From the NCBI GenBank assembly GCA_013115125.1, contig JABANN010000282.1, forward strand, positions 1-43,062: 43,062 bases of DNA, written 5' to 3'. The stretch comes from Perkinsus olseni. Lineage: Eukaryota. Below, one piece after another: positions 34,301 through 43,062 of the stretch (position 1 is its first letter; every line of letters starts with the position of its first letter). The notes below the pieces were generated by a model that was given only the letters and a program-made list of their open reading frames with translations, did not search any database and had not been told where the DNA came from. The position numbers and the translations under genes were made by a program.

Positions 34301-35180
34301 TCAGCGGCTGAATGGATCGAAGTGGAGCTTCCATAACAGGCGCGGCGCCTGAGGCGCCCCGTTTCTCATTTTGAACGCGAGATCCGCTCGGGTCACATAA
34401 TCACCGGTATCTGACCTTATCATGAGCCAGTAGCAGAATTGGCTCAAGTCCGAAATGGATGAAGGGGCCAGCGTTCGGGCTCGTATGTCGGGCTAATAGC
34501 CGCTCAGGTGCGCAGTGAGGCACTTCGGAGCCCATCGTTCGCAACTTATTGAGCTGACTCCCTCCTCACTGGCATCTCTGATGAACACAATCGGCCTGCA
34601 TGTAAGGAAATACTCTGGATTCACGGATGAGAGCGACTGGATGGTGAGTGGACAAGTTGCTAAAGGAGTGGTATCAGACGACATGCTCATGAGTATGTTT
34701 CTCAGGCCGCCGAATTACCAGTTTTCGTCACCCATCACGAACATGCTGTTGATGACATCGGGCTCAACAACTTCTCGCGCAAGGAGCTTTGCTGGCTGTT
34801 GCGAGGTTATACTGAAGTGAAACAGCTAGAGGTATCAGAAAATACTTCTGGTGATGTGATAATACAACGAAGGAAGCAGTCAATTGATTCTCTTCCAACA
34901 GCGATTGCAGGTGGGATGGGTTGGAGCTTCAGGCTCCGTGTAGCCGGTCGACTGTTAGAGGTAGCGAGAGTGGCTCCCTCTGTGAGAGAATTTTAGCTCG
35001 AAGATGGTTTGGTATGAATGTGATGTCCAATTCTATCATCAGATAAGCTACTAGCCTCGGCACTGACCCGAGGCATATGGACGGGTCTGACTGTGGAGGT
35101 ATTGGCTAGGTCGTACGGGATATTCCATCAGCGACTTGGCAAGTTCACGAAGGGGATAAAACATGTGGATCGGAAGGTAC
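31400..35180 (+). pseudogene. Decayed locus resembling a cellular (RNAi-type) RNA-dependent RNA polymerase
   Basis: Motif-like segments appear in canonical order across frameshifts and introns: LITFHDDE..RGLNI (~31470-31535), LRNRSGITFF (~31715-31745), LAKCFS|gt..VGQAFSLT (31987-32073), YSGFTDESDWM (~34611-34643), FHQRLGKFTKGIKHVD (35123-35170). No intact DxDGD motif. Recognised by eye only. Confidence 0.4.
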
Positions 35181-35759
35181 TATCGCCAGATCTGAACTGG
35201 TTGAGAAGGAATTGTTATGGCGGCGGACTGGTATCCTCACTGATGCCGAATATATGCGAAATAGTAAAATTGATTATCATGATAATGTCGTTTCCGATGC
35301 TAGCTTGCCTCCTTCTCCTCGCGACGATGATGATAGTGGTGATTGACGGTGATTGATTGTCACCGACGAGGGGGTCCCCCTCCAGCTCAAGCAATATGTA
35401 TGGCGAAGATGGTGATAAGAAGTCTGGAGAAGACTGCTTAGGCCGCACGATCCGAGTGATGGCTCTTCGTCCCCGTCTTCATCGTCGGATTCGCAGTCCG
35501 AGTTGTCGTTGCCATTTTCCCCCGAAGGAGAAGCGACGACGCTCTTCTCATTCCAGCGGTTCGAAGCGCTCTACTACTACATAGTAGTCCACTAGCAAAT
35601 CCAAGTGTGTGGTTAACCTCGAGGGATGCTTTCCACCTCTTGTTGGAGCTATCTGAATCGGGTTACCTGATACGTCACGAGATGGTTGGCAAGAAAACCC
35701 GCTATTTTTGAGCGCCTTGGGCAAGTTGCGTGAGGTCTTGGTTAGTGAACTCGCTGAGC

Positions 35760-36150
35760 AAGTCAACGGCATTTGCTCCGCCTAGAGCTCCTGCGTACAG
35801 CAGCGATCCCCATACTGCTCGCAGGTGCGGCGAAAATCCTGTGAACAAGGAAAACCATACTGGCCGACAACTACGGCAGCGCAGCGTTGAGTGTACCAGG
35901 CTCTTTTCCGTGAGCCGTTACTCCTATTTGCCTTCCCCAGCAAGGTCGCCGGACTTGACTCATATAGAGAACACCTTCGCGATTCTAAAAACCCGGCTGC
36001 GTACAAAAAACTGCACTGCTGGCCCATGTGAGACGGAGAACGCATTCGTCACTCGAATAGTGGAGATCTACTCCAAGTCTAGACGCGGACGCTCTAATTG
36101 ATAGTATGAGTTCTAGAGTCATCGGTGATGTCAGACAAAAGGGGGCTCTC
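35760..36150 (+). mobile_element. Tc1/mariner transposase remnant (C-terminal half of the DDE domain), frameshifted
   Basis: PSPARSPDLTHIENTFAILK matches the Tc1 motif P..SPDLNPIEN.W..LK. In a shifted frame, LIDSMSSRVIGDVRQKG matches the Tc1 tail L..SMPRR..AVI..KG. The upstream APAYSSDPHTAR resembles a decayed DNAP.H motif. No TIRs identified. Confidence 0.75.
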
Positions 36151-38505
36151 AGAGTACTCAGAGTAACGGACTGTTGAAGTACTGCTATTCTTCCTGCTAT
36201 CATACTATCTCCGCTGTGGCCGCTGCGCGATCATCAAATTGATGACATCAATGAATCATTGGCGATGATAGTGTATTCACTTCTGCACTTCTTGAGTACT
36301 GTTTCGTTGGTCGGTATATCCAAATCACAGGTGAAATCGCCGCTGTAGCCTACAGCTGTAGGCCCTACAGCGCCTAGACCTGCATGTCTCACCTACAGCC
36401 CGTAGGTGAGATATTTGCAGGTGGGAGCAACGGCATTTTGAAAGCGCACTTGGGGATTTAATCTGATCTAAGCGTACTCACGTATCTTGTGGAATGGGGT
36501 GGAAATCCTAATCCTGAGGTTGACTGTTCTCTTCACAGCCAGTATGGCTGGAAGGAACTCAGTAAGTGCGAGTTCGACAATACAATCCGATACGAAGAGC
36601 TTGGCATGTCTATAACTTAGTGACCCTCACTACGGGCCCCTTAGTGACGCGTATCAATTTGTAGACTTTAGTAAGCTTGAAATTTACTCAAGTTTGAAAT
36701 GGTATTTCAATTGGAGAAATGGAAATTTTCAATGGGCTTAGTCACGACATGAGTCATTAAAGCTGGTCACGACATCTCTGGTTGCCAGAGATAGATCTTG
36801 CGTGTATGAAGAATTGTTCTCTTTCAGGACATCTCAAGGGCTTGTATTGCCTCAGTCATGGACCTTGTGGACAGCCTCTCGAGGAACGTCGGAGCGTATC
36901 ATGTCTGTTGCGATTTCCTCAGTATGGCTAGTCGGGACGATGATAATCTGAGGTAGTGGGCGTCCCTCTCCCTTGACTGAGGCTACTTGCTTGTAGATCT
37001 ACTGGGTTTTCTGTGGTCCTGCTTGTGCAACTTTTCAGCTGCTACTATTTGGAACTTTAGTTCTGGGTTTCAGGAGACTGTCTGAGGAGGAGCGAAACCG
37101 TTTGTCGGAGATTCTGAAGGTCTGGAGGGGGGAGAACGCCTAGGAGTGCTTCATGATGAGCCCGTTGTGTTTATTTGTGTTTCTTTCATACTCCTGCCTC
37201 GAGTGCCATCCGTTAATCAAATGTTAGATCCGGACTCCAGTAGTATTTGTTTATTAGGGAGTAATAGTACTGGTAGGATACCCCACCGTATCACCTTGAC
37301 AATCTCGAGCATTGAGACCCGAGCAAAGAATGCAGTGCAATGAAATGAGCAACGGACGCGGAGAATTGTACTTAAAGAAGTGTGATAGATTAATTGGTAT
37401 AGGTTCGTAATATCGGAGACGAGTGTCTCTGAATATTTGGCTAGGATGGGTTCTGTTTCTTGAATCGAGTCTTATTGAGAGTCTTTATACACCTTTTCAA
37501 CATCTAGTTCGACAGTAGAACTATCAAGTTCGCCGAGGCGAGCGAGGTTGGATGTACGAATCTGAACCGGGAATATCTATAAATATATCCGCCTCAATAA
37601 CCCTCCTGCGGGCAGAGCTGTCACAGCCCCACAGTGGCTTCTTGTAGGGGCCTCGGGGACCCTTAGCGGCGCGACGTTGAGGAGCCGGTGTCTGGGGAGG
37701 CTGATCGACCATTGGAGATTGAAGTGCAAAAAGTGCTGCGGATAACGAAATCGAACATCCCATTTGCGAAGTTGAATTTCCCAGTGCCGCGAAATTGAAG
37801 GTTCCAAGGACCGCTGACGAATATTTAATGTTCGAATGTGAAATTGAAGTTCCTTATTGGGAAATTGAAAGTTCCATCGTGTCTGAAATTGAACTTACGA
37901 AGGGCCAACGTGCGGATTCGAAAGTCCCACCTGGAAATTGGTATAGAATAGCACTCCATGACCGGGAAGGGCAACCAGAGCACGGACGAACTGCTTGTTC
38001 GATGTAACCTCTTCAATGTGCTGATTGTTCGTGAGAGCACCCAAGAAAATTGTCGAGAAAATCCCCTGGAGGAGGCAGCAGGCAGCCATGATCGAGGGGT
38101 TTTGTGGACATACACCTTCTCGCAACTCGGACGGCGCACCAGCAAAAAGTGGCGTGCGACTTGCAACGTCACCCCAATACGCCTGTCACAGTGACGTGGT
38201 CTATTTCATAGTATAACTCGATGCTGACTAGTTCAATGGAGTTTCAGTGAAGCCCGTAATTTACGGGTGAAACAGTTTCACGGGCCGTAATACGTGAAGT
38301 AGCGTTCTTCGCGAAGCTAATATGAAGTGTGAAATGTGTTTTTCGTATCGCGGGTGAGTCTCTCTGTGCCGGTGGGACGGTCCTAAGGACAGTGTCCTGT
38401 GATTCACCCTTGCAGGAGCCTGGGCGGGAGAGTCCCCGCGATGTGCTCACCACCCATCACCACCCCAGTATTCATCACAGTAGCATGTGATCGCTACTTG
38501 TCAAG

Positions 38506-41500
38506 ATGACCCACTCCCTTCACTATCTCTGCCATGCCATTCTGTACACTGTTGCTGTTGCCTCTAGGACCACTTACTACGCATCTGTAAAGCCTACAGT
38601 GGAGGTATCGGCTGAAACTAGAGGTGGGAATATCGGGAAAAACTCCGATTCTCGCGGTGGATCTGTTCTCGGGTCTTCATTCCAGATCATGACGACGCCG
38701 ATTGGTCTGCTTGCTCGAGTTGGCCTTGTGGCGGCTTAGACGTGTAAGCTGGCCTCGGTGAATCGCTAGCACCATCTTGCTGTCGGGGATGTAGCAGTAG
38801 AACGCAACGTGATTAGATTGGGCGCATAGCGAAGGAGATAGGGCAGATAGAGAGTCGAGTAGTTGAGAGAATTGTAAGGATCCGCAGAGATCACTTTCAA
38901 TGACATTTTCATTTAATTTTTACGCACAGTTTAATTGTGCAGTGTGAACTTATAGCCCTCAATAACCACTACTAGTGGTCGCAGCGGCTGCACGAGTGTT
39001 CGTTGCCCAAGCAGATCGAGCAAGCATACAGATAAGAACCTTCCTACCTTACCACAGAATCTCTCCAATACCTCGTAATGTGGTAGATGAGAGGTCGGAC
39101 TTTTTTCGTTCTCGTCAGAGGAACAGCGGCAGCGCCTGGAGGGAACATCTCTCTGTACACTCAACCTATGTCGCATCTTCATACCCGCGTAACCCTAGGG
39201 TCAAGCAGGAACGTAAGCCTGTATTACTTTTTGAGCTGGATTCTAAGTCTCCGCGTAATCACGCGTAATGGCGTACTTCGCATGCGTTGTTACGCGGAGT
39301 TTACTTCTCACACTTCACTTTGCGTATTTCGCGCAATTACACTGGCGTGAAACAGTTTTACTAAAACTGTTTTACGCGTGATGCAGGTGCATCTCCACTG
39401 TCAGGAAATGATTCCCTGATGATCATTCTGGCTCACAATTTGTGAGTTCTCTAGCAGCTGGCCCACCCTTCCTCTCTTGCAGTTGACGATACGGTTCGCC
39501 CAGCTTTCGCTGCCTCCTACCGCAGCAAGAAAATGTATGGACTACTTGTGTCTTGACAGCTTCGAGTGCGGTGAATCGGAACAGATCTGCGGTGCGTAGG
39601 TGCTGATGAACGCGACGATGAGCGTTCTATACTTCCTGCTCTTTGCAGTGAAGCTGCGTTGAATGGGTCTTGCCTTTCATCGCTCCTTCCCAGGGCGGTT
39701 GATTTCTCTGGCCAATTTTTTAGTTTGATTTTTTGCATTCACAGCGTTCCACTTGGTCGGAGATGAGAAGGAAAACTTTCCCGATTTGTCACGGCCGACG
39801 AGACGCTCATTCTCCGTCCACGCCGTCGACTGTCAGAGCTCTCTCAAATCCTGTGTAGGGGACGAATTACCATTCTCCGGATGGACAGCTGTCTTCGCAC
39901 GTTCCCTACAGCTGGGCTGGCATACCTCTTCGGGTAGCGTGGCACAGTGGCAAGTGGTGGTGGGGACTACCCCTCCCTGTGGTGATGGTGTGAGGTGAGC
40001 TGTCGGTGCTGCTGCTTGGGCGTTGAAGGCTAAAGACCGTCTCGTTCCACTATGTAGTGCGCAAACAGTGCCATCGTGACACAGAAGACTCCGTCAGGGG
40101 ATGATTGGCAACACGTCTAGTAACTTTCCTCCCATCCAAGAGTCCCACCGCAGAGCAGAGAACCGTCTCGGCCTGCCAATGCAATATGCTAATCGTCTCT
40201 TCAGAATTCGTAGGCTGTTCAGCTCTGGCATGGGAAAATTTCGTAGTCGTAAAGTGGTCTCAGATTTTGCGATTTGCAAAAGGTTTTGGTTCGCACTCTA
40301 GTTGACGATGCAGCAGCCTGTTCGCGCTGCTCCCACGCCGACCATGTGACTCCTCAGGTCGAGCGATGAAGACTGCGACATGGGTATACTGAACGGTCGA
40401 ATGGGCTGCTCCGACGAGTGCAGGGTGCTCTCTGGGTGGCGCTGTGATGCTGGTGGCTGTGCTAGTCTCTGTGGTGACGGCATTCGTGTGGAAGGCGAGG
40501 CCTGCGATCTAGGTGGGGACTCGATAGTTTTACAGCCCTACTATGTTCGCTATGGGCTGTGGTTCTCCTGCACAGGAACACCGTGGTTCGTACGGGGTTG
40601 AGACGACAGCTCTCCGAAGCTGTTGCTGAGCAGTTGGCAGCAACAGTGACTCGTCTCTTCTCGGAACACAGCTATCTTCTACTGTGAAACACCTGCTGTT
40701 CGCTATAGCTTCGCACACCGCGCAGTCTCCCAGAGGGAGCTTTTTCTCATAAATCTTCTATAGTGTAAATTCGCGAGGCGTCCACGCTATTGAGTGGGTA
40801 ATGGAGATCTCCTTCCAGGTGTGCTCAACGGACTCCCTTCAAGCGGCTGCAGCAACAACTGCTCGATCTCTCGAGGGTACGAGTGCTCACGGGACAACCT
40901 CTGTCAGCCACTCTGTGGTAATGGCGTGGTTTATGTCGACGAGGAATGTGACGATGGTGGTCGGGTGGACGGCGACGGCTGCGACCATGACTGCGTTGTA
41001 GAGCCCTGGTACGCTTGCTTTCAACTGGAGAACTCGAGAGGGCCATCCATTTGTAACTACCAGCCTGTGAGAGTGCACTGTCAAACTGACTGCTCTGCGG
41101 ATTGGGCCATCTCCCTATTTTCGTGGCGCGCGGTCATGACGGCCGTGAAAGCTACCAAGAATACCACAACTTTCGTAGTTCATCTTGCTGACACGGTCAA
41201 GGATGCTATCGTCACTTGGAGTCCCGGCGTAGTGGCGGCGTGCCTGGTGCTGAACACAACTGGAGAGAGGTTTTGTCCGGGAGATTCACCCTTGGTAATT
41301 TCATCCAGCGTATCTTTGCGGGTCGGCAAAGACGCGCATGATGAGTTCCAATCCGGGTGGGGCTTCGAAGTCGCCAAGCGGGAGTGCGGGGACGGCAGGA
41401 GGCACTTTGAGGAGGCTTGCGATGATGGGAACAGTCTGAGTGGCGATGGTTGTGATGCGGCTTGCCGAGTGGAAGAGGGCTTTGTCTGTGAGTACGCAGC

Positions 41501-43062
41501 CGCAAGATTCGAAGATTCTCCCAGCAGGTTTTGGTGGGGACAACCACAATGGGGACGTTTGTGTTTATCAGCGGGACGACGCGGTGACCAGCGGATGCAG
41601 AAAAATCCAGTAGGGCCATTCGCGTGCGGTGGAATCGTGCGAAATCTTCCTTGGTGGCCAGACTGCCGTACCTCGCGCCAAGCCTCGAGCCTTGTACGGG
41701 GCTGCTGACTGTAAGTGACCACACTATGACCAACAGGAAGAGGTACCTCAACATACAGTAGTGGAGCTCCCATGATGGCAGCGTGCATGGTCAGGATGGT
41801 ATTGGACTTCCAGCTCCCTGATAACGACACAGTAGCCGTGGTGGACTTGCACCACCTGCGCCCGGCTGTCATGGTAAACAGCGCCAGGCGACTGTTGTAT
41901 TAGTTACATCAAAGTGACTGCGTTGTTCGTGAATACCTGGTATTCACGAACAACGCAGTCACTTTGATGTAATACCATAAATTTCGATATTCCCCGCTTA
42001 GCATTTGTCGCTGGTCTCTTTCTGAGAAGCTGACTCGATCACGCCGCGCAGGTTTTCGACCGAATCACTCACCCCGAGTACATCGCTCTCAACGTGTCAA
42101 TGACTCCACTGCCCGTTCACGGCCGGGGGATGGTGGAGAGCCGGAGGGTAGTGACCTCTGCACTCGTTTCCAACTTCAACTTGGACGTTCTTCACTCCTC
42201 ATAATCTTAAAGGCTCCAAGATTACGAGGAGGGGATAACGCTAGCGGCCGCTTGAGTAGTGCTCCCATGAAGAAATCGTAGACACGGTCGTGCAGCGGTT
42301 GAGATACCCTCGATGAAACCTTAGGCGCGACGTCTACCAGCACAGCTCTTCCGTCCGAGAGTACTACGAGGGCTCCTTCCAGGTCTGGGACTATCCTGAA
42401 GGACAGCTGCTCTCGAATACCACCGTCGTCCGAGATGGTTTGAAGTTCTTCCCGGTTAACTTGAGCAGCATGGCCAGCGGTACGGCCTTTGCGTTAGACG
42501 AAGGAGTCAATCAGCTCCGTGTCCGGGCCACTGGAAGAATAATGATTGCCCCCACTTTGAGGTGGGATACCGTGCTCGACAGAAGGCTGCCCGGTAGGCC
42601 TGCATTGTTAAGAAGAAATTACGAGTTGTGGACGGTGTGGTACGTCGAACTCTTGCCAGTGTGAGCCATGAGTCGGAGTATCCAAGCTCGAAGCACGCAT
42701 GATACGTGATTCTCCCTATCAGACCATTAGACTTATGGTTCTGGTAGTCACGCACTACTAGATTCGTGACGCAGATAATAGTGAAAACCCTTCCGTCAGG
42801 CTTTTCTTCTATGCTGCGATCTGCGGTGATGGTCACCGTACGGAGCCCTTCGAGGTGTGCGACGACGCCAATACCGATTCCAATGACGGCTGTGATTATC
42901 CGACATGCAGGTGGGGTGCTTTCTATTCAACCCGCGCCCATCCCGGTCATGTTAGGCCGTCTTCCACTATCTCTTCGGGGACCAGGCACGGCTATGTTTG
43001 CAGGGGTGGCACTTTTACCACGCGAGACTACTGCAGTGTGAGGTAGCATCCAAGGTCGAAGC
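38506..43062 (+). CDS. Large secreted/surface protein with Myxococcus cysteine-rich repeats (DUF4215-like) and CUB-like spacers; continues beyond the window
   Basis: Repeats [90 protein letters not shown] and [24 protein letters not shown] fit CG(D/N)G..E.CDDGN..GDGC. The start at 38506 ([20 protein letters not shown], signal-like) is tentative. Confidence 0.8.
38769..38873. repeat. Dispersed ~105-bp repeat, copy 2 (in a putative intron)
   Basis: Collinear with 29401-29504. Confidence 0.75.
41904..41972. repeat. Perfect palindrome: 34-bp arms around a single T, intronic
   Basis: TTACATCAAAGTGACTGCGTTGTTCGTGAATACC-T-GGTATTCACGAACAACGCAGTCACTTTGATGTAA; the arms are exact reverse complements. 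Confidence 0.97.

Noticed and set aside
34427..34448. Possible spliced-leader relic (CCAGTAGCAGAATTGGCTCAAG)
   Set aside because: Only 16/22 identity to the Perkinsus-type leader; a rough binomial estimate gives about 0.3 such hits by chance in this window. No GT donor follows it.
35335..35353. Frameshifted SGD-x-DGD as the RdRP catalytic motif
   Set aside because: It needs a 2-nt deletion, sits in GAT-rich low-complexity sequence, and is much closer to the KG motif than in real RdRPs.
37524..38216. Possible DNA-transposon protein fragments (RGPYKK; Cys/His-containing frames)
   Set aside because: Fragmentary, on both strands, with no catalytic motif or termini that I can support.
41180..41872. 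Long minus-strand ORFs (230 and 180 aa); likewise 12346-12816 (+)
   Set aside because: They lie antisense to well-supported coding exons and contain no recognisable motifs.

Overview
Eukaryotic, intron-rich protist genomic DNA. Short (~45-70 nt) GT-AG introns mixed with 300-800 nt ones, a Mei2-type RRM gene and Myxococcus-type cysteine-rich repeats suggest an alveolate such as Perkinsus; this is an inference, not a database result. Genes I could splice by hand: a TBC/Rab-GAP (-) head-to-head with EMG1/NEP1 (+), an intronless Mei2-like RRM gene (-), MAEA/Gid9 (-), a coiled-coil gene followed by (possibly fused to) a two-CCCH zinc-finger Q-rich gene (+), a probable mitochondrial helical-repeat gene (+), and a large secreted cysteine-rich-repeat gene running off the end (+). 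Accessory regions hold a 1031-bp non-autonomous hAT-like element with an 8-bp TSD, a Tc1/mariner transposase remnant and a decayed locus with cellular RdRP-like motifs in the expected order. Other patterns: a 33-bp motif dispersed through the long introns, two adjacent homologous introns, and recurrent fold-back palindromes with a 1-nt centre. No rRNA, tRNA or CRISPR array was seen.
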